Origin: Clostridia bacterium
Lineage (GTDB): Bacteria; Bacillota; Clostridia; Oscillospirales; RGIG8002
Assembly: GCA_017453725.1 (NCBI GenBank)
Contig: JAFTEJ010000057.1
Location: 1-43,887 of the forward strand
Length of the DNA stretch: 43,887 nt
Direction of reading: 5' to 3'
The position numbers were made by a program, and so were the translations under genes. Numbering within the stretch: position 1 is the first letter of the stretch; every line of letters begins with the position of its first letter. The notes beneath the pieces are model-generated. The model ran no database searches and was not told where the DNA came from. It saw only the letters and a program-made list of their open reading frames with translations. This document shows, piece after piece, positions 35,956 through 43,887 of the stretch.

Positions 35956-37401
35956 TTATTTATTCGCGAGTATATCGGCGACGATCTCGCGTTCGTCGTA
36001 GTGTATCTTTTCGGTGCCGAGGATCTGATAGGTCTCGTGCCCCTTGCCCGCAAGGATGACGACGTCGTCCTCCTTCGCCTCGGCAAGCGCCGCGGCTATC
36101 GCCTGAGTGCGGTCTGTTATGACGGTGTAAGGCGTTCCGCAGTCCTTCACGCCCTCGAGTATATCGGCGATTATCGCCTCCGGATCCTCGGTGCGCGGGT
36201 TATCCGACGTGATGAAGAGATAGTCCGCCAGCGCCGCCGCCGCTTCGCCCATAAGCGGGCGCTTCGTCTTGTCGCGGTCGCCGCCGCAGCCGAATAGGCA
36301 GATTATCCTGCCCTTTGCGAAATCACGCACGGCGCGAAGGATGTTCTCGATGCCGTCCGGCGTATGAGCGTAGTCGATTATCACTGTATAGTCCGTGTCG
36401 GTCGGGACGATCTCGAGCCTGCCCTTGACGCCCTGCGAGATCGCGAGCGCCTCCTTGACGGTCGCGAGCGGGACCCCGAGCGCATAAGCCGCCGACGCCG
36501 CCGCGAGAGTATTATATACGTTGAACATACCCGGCATACGCGTTATTATCCGCGCTATATCGCCGCGCGTGACGAGCTCGTAGGAAGCTCCGTCGCTCCT
36601 GAGGGTGACGTTCTTCGCGGTCAGGTCCGCGTCGTCCGAGCGGGCGGAATAGGTCAGCGTTTCGCCTTCGGCGGAATCGAGCATAAGCTCGCCGGCGGGG
36701 TCGTCCGCATTAATGACGGAGATGCGCGAAACGGCGAAGAGCTTCGCCTTCGCGGCAGAATACGCTTCCATAGTCACGTGGTAATCGAGGTGATCCTGCG
36801 TGAGGTTGGTGAAAACGCCGACGTCGAAGACGCAGCCCTCGACCCTGTTCTGGTCGAGCGCGTGGGACGAGACCTCGCTGACGACGTATTCCGCGCCGGA
36901 GTCCGCCATCTGACGGAGCAGCGAGTAAAACTCCTTCGCTTCCGGCGTGGTATAGTTCGCGGCGACCTCCATGCCGCCGATAACGTTGGAGATCGTGCCG
37001 ATGAGTCCGACGCGCTTGCCGGCGTATTCGAGGATGTTCTTTATCAGCACCGACGTGGTCGTCTTACCGTTCGTTCCGGTAACGCCGACCAGCTTCAGCC
37101 GCTGCTGCGGTCTGCCGTAGAAGTTCGCGCACGCGAGCGCGTAAGCCTTGCGGCAGCTTCCGACGAAGACGTTGACGCTGCCGTCGCCGGGGTCGCGCTC
37201 GCCGATGACCGCGACCGCGCCCGCCTTCCTCGCCTCAGCGGCGAAGACGTGGGCGTCCACCCGCGTTCCGCTTACGCAGACGAAGACGCTGCCCGGCGCG
37301 ACCTTGCGCGAATCGGCGGTTATATCCGTAATCGCGGCGTCGAGGTCGAGGCCGGCGCAGGTCCTGTATTCAATTCCGTAAAGAAGTTCTCTGATGGTCA
37401 T
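35956..37401 (-). CDS. murE: UDP-N-acetylmuramoyl-L-alanyl-D-glutamate--2,6-diaminopimelate ligase MurE
   Basis: GVTGTNGKTTT P-loop. The DNPR motif (ITSDNPRTEDP) indicates meso-DAP specificity. Confidence 0.92.
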   Translation of the reverse strand: MTIRELLYGIEYRTCAGLDLDAAITDITADSRKVAPGSVFVCVSGTRVDAHVFAAEARKAGAVAVIGERDPGDGSVNVFVGSCRKAYALACANFYGRPQQRLKLVGVTGTNGKTTTSVLIKNILEYAGKRVGLIGTISNVIGGMEVAANYTTPEAKEFYSLLRQMADSGAEYVVSEVSSHALDQNRVEGCVFDVGVFTNLTQDHLDYHVTMEAYSAAKAKLFAVSRISVINADDPAGELMLDSAEGETLTYSARSDDADLTAKNVTLRSDGASYELVTRGDIARIITRMPGMFNVYNTLAAASAAYALGVPLATVKEALAISQGVKGRLEIVPTDTDYTVIIDYAHTPDGIENILRAVRDFAKGRIICLFGCGGDRDKTKRPLMGEAAAALADYLFITSDNPRTEDPEAIIADILEGVKDCGTPYTVITDRTQAIAAALAEAKEDDVVILAGKGHETYQILGTEKIHYDEREIVADILANK

Positions 37402-37471
37402 TTGAAAGTCTCCCGATGCAAGCTGATAGATGATTGAATGATGAAATAACTATTCAGGAAGCTTCGCGCCG

Positions 37472-39685
37472 CTACTGCACCTGATCGTAGTGCACGAAGG
37501 TCACGCTGATTACCGTTCCCATCGGCACCTCCGTGCCGGGGGCGACGCTCTGGCTGTTGACCGTCGCGTTGTTTTTGCCGACGTCCGTGCCCTTGACGCG
37601 TATATTCAGCCCGGCGTTCGTCAAAGCGGCGTTCGCCTCGCGCGACGTCATATCCATGAGGTCCGGCACCTTGACGGTTTCGAGCTCGGCGCCCTCGGTA
37701 ACGAGCACCACCTGCCCCTTCGCGGGAATAGTGTCGCCGTAGCGCGGCATCTGCTCGATCACGCGCTCGCCGTCGCCCAGCACCTTGCAGGTGAAGCCGG
37801 CGTCCGTGACCGTCTTTTTCGCCTCCGAAACGGCGAAGCCCACCGTGTCCGGGACGGTCTTGTCGAGTTTCGCGAGCTCCTTCTCGGTGTACGAAGGCTC
37901 GACTCCGAGGTAAGGAAGCGCGTCCTCGAGTATCTTCGCGACGACCGGCGCGGCGCAGGCGGAGCCGCCTCTGTTCGCCGTGTTCGGCTCGTCGATCATA
38001 ACGAGCACCGCGATCTGCGGATCATCCGCCGGGGCTATCGCCGCGAAGGATGCGATGCGCAGGTCGTCCCTGCCCGTTTCGTTCTGCTTCTGTATCTTCT
38101 GGCTGGTGCCGGTCTTGCCGCCGACGCGGTAACCTGCGACGTAAGCGTTTTTGCCGGTGCCGTTGGTGACGACCGATTCGAGCATCTTGCAGACGGTCTT
38201 CGACGTTTCGTTCGAAATGACCTGCCGCCTGACGACCGTCTGCGCCGCCTCGATCGTCTTTCCTTCGGAATCGACGACCTTGCCGAGTATGTGCGGCTGG
38301 ACGAGGTAGCCGCCGTTGGCGACGGCGCATATCGCCGTTATCACCTGCAGCGGCGAAACGGTGAAGGTCTGACCGAACGACGCGACCGCGAGCTCAACGG
38401 CGCCCATCGTCTTCGGATCGAAGAAGACGCCGGCGCTTTCGCCGGAGATGTCTATCCCCGTTTTGCCGAGGAATCCGAAGGCCTTGACGTATTCGCAGAA
38501 CTTCGTGACGCCAAGCAGGCTGCTCACCTTTATGAAGCCGGGGTTGCAGGAGTTCTCAAGTATCTGCGTCAGCGTTTCCGAGCCGTGCCCGGCGGTGTAC
38601 CAGCAGCCTATCTTGCGGTCTGCGACGGTCACGCCGCCGCTGCAGTAGAAGGTCGAATTGAGATTGACGACCCCTTCCTCGAGCGCCATCGACATCGTGA
38701 ACATCTTGAAGACGGAGCCCGGATCGTAGGTCGAGGTGACCGCCTTGTTGTTCCACATCGCGGTCAGCGTTCTGCGGCGAAGGTCGTCGTATTCCTCGCC
38801 CTCGAGCTTGCTCAACTCCTCGAGCACCGCTTCATCGGTTATCTCATAAGGCGAGTTGAGGTCGTAGTCGGGATAGACCGCCATACCGAGCACCGCGCCC
38901 GTTTTGACGTTCATAACTATCGCGCACCCGCCCTCGGACGCTCTTGCGCGTTCGACGCCCCACTTAAGATGCTTTTCGCAGAAGTTCTGCACGCCCTGGA
39001 TGAGCGTCAGATATACGTCGTAGCCGTCGATTGGCTCTATGCGCGTCTCGTATTTGCTCGTCAGCTCGCCGGTCAGCGTGTTGCGCGACGACATCACCCT
39101 GCCGTCCGTTCCGCGCAGGTAGCCGTCGTAGTACGCTTCAACTCCCTCGAGCCCCTGATTGTCCGAGCCGGTAAAGCCTATGATGTGCGAGGCGAAATTG
39201 CCGTATGGGTAGTAACGCTTCGAGTTCTCCTCAAAGGTAACGCAGGTTATCTTGTTCTGCGCGACGAACTCCCTGACGCGTTCGGCCGTCGCCATTTCGA
39301 CGCGGCGCTTGATGCGCTCGTATCTGTTGTTTTTCTTTGTCTGCGCGTAGACGGTCTCGAAATCGAGCTCGAGTATCTCCGCGAGTCCGGATGCGAGTTC
39401 GGCGCGTTTGGAATCGTCCTCGATGGCGGATGGGTCGATGACGATATCCCAGACGGTCGCGCTCTGCGCGAGGACGACTCCGTTGCAGTCGAGGATGCTT
39501 CCGCGCTTCGCGCTGATGGCGCTGTCGGTCGTCTGCTGCTCAAGCGCCCTCTTGCTGTAAAACTCGTGGTCGACGAGCTGCTCCTTGGCGAGGACCCCCG
39601 TCAACGCGACGGAACCGAGCACAGCGATAATAAGCGCCACGGCGGTGGCGCGCACACCCATTCGCTTGCTCGGTTTCTTTGCCAT
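37472..39685 (-). CDS. Class B penicillin-binding protein (FtsI/PBP2B/SpoVD type) with two C-terminal PASTA domains
   Basis: N-terminal TM, PBP dimerisation domain, transpeptidase motifs SVFK, SCN and KTGT, then two PASTA-like repeats at the C-terminus. Confidence 0.9.
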   Translation of the reverse strand: MAKKPSKRMGVRATAVALIIAVLGSVALTGVLAKEQLVDHEFYSKRALEQQTTDSAISAKRGSILDCNGVVLAQSATVWDIVIDPSAIEDDSKRAELASGLAEILELDFETVYAQTKKNNRYERIKRRVEMATAERVREFVAQNKITCVTFEENSKRYYPYGNFASHIIGFTGSDNQGLEGVEAYYDGYLRGTDGRVMSSRNTLTGELTSKYETRIEPIDGYDVYLTLIQGVQNFCEKHLKWGVERARASEGGCAIVMNVKTGAVLGMAVYPDYDLNSPYEITDEAVLEELSKLEGEEYDDLRRRTLTAMWNNKAVTSTYDPGSVFKMFTMSMALEEGVVNLNSTFYCSGGVTVADRKIGCWYTAGHGSETLTQILENSCNPGFIKVSSLLGVTKFCEYVKAFGFLGKTGIDISGESAGVFFDPKTMGAVELAVASFGQTFTVSPLQVITAICAVANGGYLVQPHILGKVVDSEGKTIEAAQTVVRRQVISNETSKTVCKMLESVVTNGTGKNAYVAGYRVGGKTGTSQKIQKQNETGRDDLRIASFAAIAPADDPQIAVLVMIDEPNTANRGGSACAAPVVAKILEDALPYLGVEPSYTEKELAKLDKTVPDTVGFAVSEAKKTVTDAGFTCKVLGDGERVIEQMPRYGDTIPAKGQVVLVTEGAELETVKVPDLMDMTSREANAALTNAGLNIRVKGTDVGKNNATVNSQSVAPGTEVPMGTVISVTFVHYDQVQ

Positions 39686-39961
39686 AATTAACCCCTGCCG
39701 CCGCCTGCGCGGCCGAAACTGCCGGCTCTTTCACGGCGCCGGTACGCCTTCTCAAATCATAATACTTCGCGCTTCCGGAGACTATTACTCCCGCGCGGAA
39801 AAATGCCCCGTTATATCGAAAAATGCGGCTCGGAACGGCCAAAGCCCCTCACAACCCGCAAATACGATTTCAGCTTTAAGCCGCCTCAAGCGGCGACACG
39901 CCGCCGCTTTCACGCCCGCCGCCCCGGTATGACCGCGAGCGCGGCACGAAAACGCCGCGGC

Positions 39962-40366
39962 TCACTCGGCGTCGACCCTGTCGCCTTCCGCGACCGTGAA
40001 ATACTTGTATTGATACTTTTCCGCCTTGACCATACCGTAGTCTTCGGCAAGCTCGCTGACGGTCTTCATCGAGAAGGTGCGGTCGATCTCGACCTGAAGC
40101 AGCGTGTTCTGCGAAGTCAGCTCGTGGTTCTGCTTCTCCGCCGCTCTTATCGCGGAAGAAAGCTCGTTCGAGCGCATGTACGAGAACAGCAGCGCCACGA
40201 CGAACACGGCGACCGCCACGAAGACGAGAAGATTCGCCCAGACGGACTTCGCCATAGCCTTTTTTGAGTTGTTCTTTTTCTCCACGAGCTTGAGCTGCAC
40301 CGAATGCTCGGACGGCTTGCGCTCTTCGAATCTGGAGAAGTCGTAGGCGAGATTTTCCCTTACCAT
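39962..40366 (-). CDS. ftsL: Cell division protein FtsL
   Basis: 134 aa, bitopic (WANLLVFVAVAVFVVALLFSY), followed by a coiled-coil-like segment. Canonical position after rsmH. Confidence 0.75.
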   Translation of the reverse strand: MVRENLAYDFSRFEERKPSEHSVQLKLVEKKNNSKKAMAKSVWANLLVFVAVAVFVVALLFSYMRSNELSSAIRAAEKQNHELTSQNTLLQVEIDRTFSMKTVSELAEDYGMVKAEKYQYKYFTVAEGDRVDAE

Positions 40367-40368
40367 TG

Positions 40369-41301
40369 TTATATCCTTTCCGCGGCGCGGAGCTTCGCGC
40401 TGTGCGATCTTTTGTTCTCCTCAAGCTCACCCTCCGAGGGGAGGACGGGCTTCTTCGTGAGCACCTTCACCTTCGGCACCGTGCCGCATACGCAGACGGG
40501 CAGGTCGGGCGGACAGGTGCACGTCCGCGCCAGCTCCGCGAAGGACTGCTTGACGATGCGGTCCTCGAGCGAATGGAAGGAGATGACCGCGATCCTGCCT
40601 CCGACCTTCAGCATATCGCAGAAGCTGCCCATAAGCCGCTTCAGCTCGCCGAGCTCGTCGTTGACCTCTATGCGGAGCGCCTGGAAGGTCCGCTTCGCGG
40701 GGTTGCCGCCCGTTCTCCGCGCGGCGGCGGGTATCGCGCTTTTGATTATCTCAGTCAGCCTTCCGGCTGTTTCTACAGGCTCTTTTTTGCGCTCCTCGCA
40801 GATGAAACGCGCTATGCGTGAGGCGAATCTCTCCTCGCCGTATTCGCTTATTATCCGCGAAAGCGTCCTTTCGTCCGCCCCGTTGACAAGCTCCGAGGCG
40901 GTCATGCCGCCGCTCGCGTCCATACGCATATCCAGCGGCGCGTCAGAAGCGTAAGAGAAGCCGCGGGCGATATTGTCGATCTGGAAGGAGGAGATTCCCA
41001 GATCGGCGATAACGCCGTCAGCACGGACACCCATTCCCGAAATGACTTCCGCGGCTTCCCCGAAGTTTCTTCTGACGAACACGGTCCTGTCGGCGTAGTC
41101 CCTCAAGCGCGCTTTCGCGGCTTCAAGGGCGTCGGCGTCCCGGTCGAAGCAAATCAGTCTGCCGCCTTCCCCGAGGCGTTCGGCAATCGCAAGCGAATGT
41201 CCTCCGCCCCCGGTCGTCAGATCGACGTACACGCCGTCCGGTCTGACGTTCAGCAGCTCTATGGTTTCTTTCAGCAGAACCGAATAGTGCCTGAACTCCA
41301 T
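40369..41301 (-). CDS. rsmH: 16S rRNA (cytosine1402-N4)-methyltransferase RsmH (MraW)
   Basis: HYSVLLKETIELL, DLTTGGGGHS and ISFHSLEDRIVK motifs. Confidence 0.95.
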   Translation of the reverse strand: MEFRHYSVLLKETIELLNVRPDGVYVDLTTGGGGHSLAIAERLGEGGRLICFDRDADALEAAKARLRDYADRTVFVRRNFGEAAEVISGMGVRADGVIADLGISSFQIDNIARGFSYASDAPLDMRMDASGGMTASELVNGADERTLSRIISEYGEERFASRIARFICEERKKEPVETAGRLTEIIKSAIPAAARRTGGNPAKRTFQALRIEVNDELGELKRLMGSFCDMLKVGGRIAVISFHSLEDRIVKQSFAELARTCTCPPDLPVCVCGTVPKVKVLTKKPVLPSEGELEENKRSHSAKLRAAERI

Positions 41302-41305
41302 CTCA

Positions 41306-41719
41306 TCAGAGCTCTATGCTGGCGATAAGCTCGCCGATGTCTTCGTCGTCCCTGCGGTCCTCGACAGTCCACCTGTCGCGGTTCCAGAACTCGATGTGGT
41401 CGCTCATTCCGGCGACGACGACGTCCGTCTCGAGCCCGGCGAACTCACGCAGCGCGGCGGGCATGATTATGCGCCCCTGCTTGTCCGTCTCGACCTCGAA
41501 CGCGGAGCCGAGGAAGAACCTCTTGACGCGGCTCTGGCTGACCGGGAGCTTCTCGACATTCTGGCGCCAGACGTCCCACTTCTCGAGCGGGTAGCCCGTA
41601 ACGCAGTTTCCGTAGCCCTTTGAGATGACGAATTTTTCTCCCATCTCGTCGCGGTACTTCGCGGGGACCGAGACCCTGCCCTTCTGATCGAGCGTGTGGT
41701 TATAATGTCCGATAAGCAT
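41306..41719 (-). CDS. mraZ: Transcriptional regulator MraZ
   Basis: 137 aa. Duplicated SpoVT/AbrB-like halves with DQKGRVSVPAKYR and DKQGRIIMPAALR. Confidence 0.93.
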   Translation of the reverse strand: MLIGHYNHTLDQKGRVSVPAKYRDEMGEKFVISKGYGNCVTGYPLEKWDVWRQNVEKLPVSQSRVKRFFLGSAFEVETDKQGRIIMPAALREFAGLETDVVVAGMSDHIEFWNRDRWTVEDRRDDEDIGELIASIEL

Positions 41720-41795
41720 CAGTCCCGGCCTCCTTTCGACCCTGATTTATGGGATTATATGCCTAAACTTGGGATTTCTTACCACTACACTCAAT

Positions 41796-41823
41796 ATTAT
41801 AATTACTTTTTAAAAAAAATCAA
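41796..41823 (-). promoter_or_regulatory. Candidate mraZ/dcw promoter
   Basis: Minus strand: TTGATT (41818-41823), 16-nt spacer, TATAAT (41796-41801), about 77 nt upstream of the mraZ ATG. Confidence 0.5.
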
Positions 41824-41843
41824 CCCCTAATTTGAGATTTTGT

Positions 41844-41876
41844 AAAAAATTTTTCGCCGGCAGCGCAGGCGAAAAA
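41844..41876 (-). terminator. Terminator-like hairpin facing the mraZ promoter
   Basis: TTTTTCGCC-GGCAGCGCA-GGCGAAAAA (9-bp stem), followed on the minus strand by TTTTTT. No annotated minus-strand gene lies upstream of it. Confidence 0.4.
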
Positions 41877-42018
41877 CCTTTGTCGGATTCCGTTCTTTCA
41901 GCCGCGCTCTGACGGATTCCGCCGGACGTATGCTCTCCGCTCCGTTCGCCTGAATCTCACAGAAAACCGGCGGGCCGGACGCGCGCGGCCACGGGATACG
42001 CAGCGTACTTCTCGCCGA

Positions 42019-42053
42019 TTCGCGCGCCCCGAAACGCGCGCGAAACTATTTTT
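42019..42053 (+). terminator. Terminator-like hairpin facing the hydrogenase promoter
   Basis: TTCGCGCGC-CCCGAAAC-GCGCGCGAA (9-bp stem), then ACTA and T5 on the plus strand. No annotated plus-strand gene lies upstream of it. Confidence 0.35.
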
Positions 42054-42085
42054 GCCGAATTTTGTCGAACGGGAGTATTTTACTC

Positions 42086-42114
42086 TTGCATTTATAAACT
42101 TGTTTTGGTATAAT
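42086..42114 (+). promoter_or_regulatory. Promoter of the hndABC-like operon
   Basis: TTGCAT (42086-42091), 17-nt spacer, TG-G-TATAAT extended -10 (42106-42114). Confidence 0.65.
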
Positions 42115-42167
42115 AGCTTTGTTTGAGAAAAATTCTCCCCGATAACCACAAGGAGGTCATCCAGACA

Positions 42168-42671
42168 ATGGCAAACACCATCACCAAAATCCCCTTCAAG
42201 GGAACGAAAGAACAGCAGGAAGAGCTCTTCAAGGCGATCGACGCCTACCGCGGACAGAGCGGCGCGCTGATCCCCGTCCTGCAGGAGGCGCAGAGAATCT
42301 ACGGCTACCTGCCCTACGAGGTCCAGAAGATGATCGCTGAAAAGCTGCAGGTATCTATGGAGAAGGTCTACGAGGTCGTAACCTTCTACGCGCAGTTCTC
42401 CCTGCAGCCCCTCGGCGAATACAACATCTCCGTCTGCCTCGGCACCGCCTGCTACGTCAAGGGCTCCGGCGATATTTTCGAGAAGCTCAAGGAGAAGCTC
42501 GGCGTTGATAACGGCGAATGCACGCCCGACGGCAAGTTCCGCCTGGACGCCTGCCGCTGCGTCGGCGCCTGCGGTCTCGCCCCCGTTATGACGATCAACG
42601 ACGACGTCTACGGACGCCTGACCGTCGACCAGCTCGACGGCATCCTCGCCAAATACGGCTTCGGCAAATAA
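42168..42671 (+). CDS. hndA: NuoE/HndA-like [2Fe-2S] thioredoxin-fold subunit of an NAD(P)-linked [FeFe]-hydrogenase
   Basis: ALIPVLQEAQRIYGYLP, and the cysteine pattern C-x4-C...C-x3-C (VCLGTACYVKG ... CRCVGACGLAP). ATG at 42168 after AAGGAGG. Confidence 0.8.
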   Translation: MANTITKIPFKGTKEQQEELFKAIDAYRGQSGALIPVLQEAQRIYGYLPYEVQKMIAEKLQVSMEKVYEVVTFYAQFSLQPLGEYNISVCLGTACYVKGSGDIFEKLKEKLGVDNGECTPDGKFRLDACRCVGACGLAPVMTINDDVYGRLTVDQLDGILAKYGFGK

Positions 42672-42780
42672 TACCGCGAGCCGCTTCCGGAAGGAAGCGC
42701 CGGAGAAAGCGCCGGGTTCAGACCACGCGAACGCGCTCCGGAAAGACAACGGCATAAATCATTGAGAAAGGAAAAAAGCA

Positions 42781-43152
42781 ATGAAGTCATTGGAAGAACT
42801 GAAAGCTATCAGAGACAAGATGAGGGACATGGTCATTCCGCCCGACGGAAGCGATAAGATCCGCGTCGTCGTCGGACTCGCCACCTGCGGCATCGCAGCC
42901 GGAGCCCGTCCCGTCTTCAACGCCCTGCTCGAAGAGGTCGAAAAGGAAGGCCTGGGCGACAGAGTCTCCGTCATACAGACCGGCTGCATCGGCATCTGCC
43001 AGTACGAGCCCGTCGTCGAGATCCACGAGGGCGGCAAGGAGAAGACCACCTACGTCAAGATGGACGCCGAAAAGGCTAAACGCGTATTCGAAGAGCACGT
43101 CAAAGGCGGCAAGCCCGTCTCCGAATACACTATAGGGGCATATCAGCAGTGA
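42781..43152 (+). CDS. hndB: HndB-like small thioredoxin-like [2Fe-2S] ferredoxin subunit
   Basis: 123 aa. VVGLATCGIAAGA ... TGCIGICQYEPVV cysteine motifs. Lies between the NuoE-like and NuoF-like genes, as in hnd operons. Confidence 0.7.
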   Translation: MKSLEELKAIRDKMRDMVIPPDGSDKIRVVVGLATCGIAAGARPVFNALLEEVEKEGLGDRVSVIQTGCIGICQYEPVVEIHEGGKEKTTYVKMDAEKAKRVFEEHVKGGKPVSEYTIGAYQQ

Positions 43153-43216
43153 TACCGCCCCTCCCGGCGGGAGCCGGAATATTTCCCCGTATAATAAGAA
43201 AGGAATGATATAAAGT

Positions 43217-43887
43217 ATGATTCGTGAAGACATCGCCCTCAAGGACACCGCCTTCTACAGATCACAGGAGCGCGTCGTGCTGAGAAACTGCGGCGTCATC
43301 GACCCCGAAAGCATCGACGAATACATCGCCATGGACGGCTACGCCGCCCTCGGAAAGGTCCTTACCGGTATGACCCCCGACGACGTCATCAAGTGCGTCA
43401 GCGATTCCGGACTCCGCGGCAGAGGCGGCGGCGGATTCCCGACCGGCAGGAAATGGTCGCTCTGCGCCCCCGTTCAGGCTCCGCAGAAATACGTCGTCTG
43501 CAACGCCGACGAAGGCGACCCCGGAGCGTTTATGGACCGCTCCGTCCTCGAAGGAGACCCCCACTGCGTCATCGAGGGTATGGCGATATGCGGCTACGCG
43601 ATCGGAGCCGACAAGGGCTTCGTCTACGTCCGCGCCGAATACCCCATCGCCGTACAGCGCCTGCAGATAGCCATCGACCGGGCGCGCGAATACGGACTGC
43701 TCGGCAAGAACATATTCGGCACCGGGTTCAACTTTGACCTCGAGATCCGCCTCGGCGCCGGCGCCTTCGTCTGCGGCGAGGAGACCGCGCTGATGACCTC
43801 CATCGAGGGCAAGCGCGGCGAGCCGCGTCCCCGTCCGCCCTATCCGGCGATAAAGGGGCTTTACGGCTGCCCGACCACCGAGAACAA
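43217..43887 (+). CDS. hndC: NuoF/HndC-like NAD(P)H- and FMN-binding subunit (partial, runs off the right edge)
   Basis: Absent from the ORF track (no stop codon in the window). My translation from ATG 43217 gives MIREDIAL...[16 protein letters not shown]...[14 protein letters not shown]...[25 protein letters not shown], the NuoF signature motifs. Confidence 0.85.
   Translation, partial: MIREDIALKDTAFYRSQERVVLRNCGVIDPESIDEYIAMDGYAALGKVLTGMTPDDVIKCVSDSGLRGRGGGGFPTGRKWSLCAPVQAPQKYVVCNADEGDPGAFMDRSVLEGDPHCVIEGMAICGYAIGADKGFVYVRAEYPIAVQRLQIAIDRAREYGLLGKNIFGTGFNFDLEIRLGAGAFVCGEETALMTSIEGKRGEPRPRPPYPAIKGLYGCPTTEN

Noticed and set aside
42682-42699. Hairpin CGCTTCC-GGAA-GGAAGCG resembling the conserved GGAA-tetraloop helix (CCGGAAGGAAGC) of SRP RNA.
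   Set aside because: It is a simple perfect 7-bp stem without the SRP helix-8 internal loops or flanking Alu/S-domain sequence. It lies in a 109-nt intercistronic gap of the hydrogenase operon, so the match is most likely fortuitous.
41898-42755. 285-aa minus-strand ORF spanning the mraZ/hydrogenase intergenic region and the hndA-like gene.
   Set aside because: It is antisense to a well-supported NuoE-like gene. It runs through promoter and terminator-like elements, has no RBS, and has an Arg-rich low-complexity tail.

Overview
High-GC Firmicutes/Clostridia-type chromosome segment. The taxon guess is an inference from a dockerin-bearing LRR protein, a PASTA-containing class B PBP and Hnd-type hydrogenase subunits. 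Almost everything is on the minus strand. From the left: an SRP/ribosome operon (ylxM-ffh-rpsP-khpA-rimM); pcrA plus a SLOG/DUF1273 gene; an MBL hydrolase; murA; a 1647-aa membrane-anchored alpha-2-macroglobulin-like protein; a lone plus-strand argH; a 1263-aa BspA-type LRR protein with a C-terminal dockerin; an EcsA-like ABC ATPase, a 12-TM permease and a trigger-factor-like lipoprotein; yebC, yitT, mrnC, obg and a GalK-like kinase. A dcw cluster follows (mraZ-rsmH-ftsL-PBP-murE-murF-mraY-ftsW-murG-murA paralogue-ftsQ-ftsZ), then divergent hndA-hndB-hndC-like hydrogenase subunits. I found no rRNA, tRNA, CRISPR array, transposase, integrase or recognisable defence system. The parts worth a second look are listed here. 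(1) The ABC plus extracytoplasmic trigger-factor-like lipoprotein operon. (2) The A2M-like giant with no CxEQ thioester and a Gly/Asp/Glu tract at the bait position. (3) Two ~220-bp, ~96 % identical MITE-like elements with terminal inverted repeats, in direct orientation around the LRR-dockerin gene, plus a related element that carries the argH terminator. (4) A perfect 17+17-bp palindrome made of four GTTACA hexamers between the divergent A2M-like and argH promoters. (5) A dcw cluster without murD or ftsA in their usual slots. All coordinates for small motifs were hand-indexed and could be off by 1-2 nt. All family assignments rest on motif recognition, not database searches.
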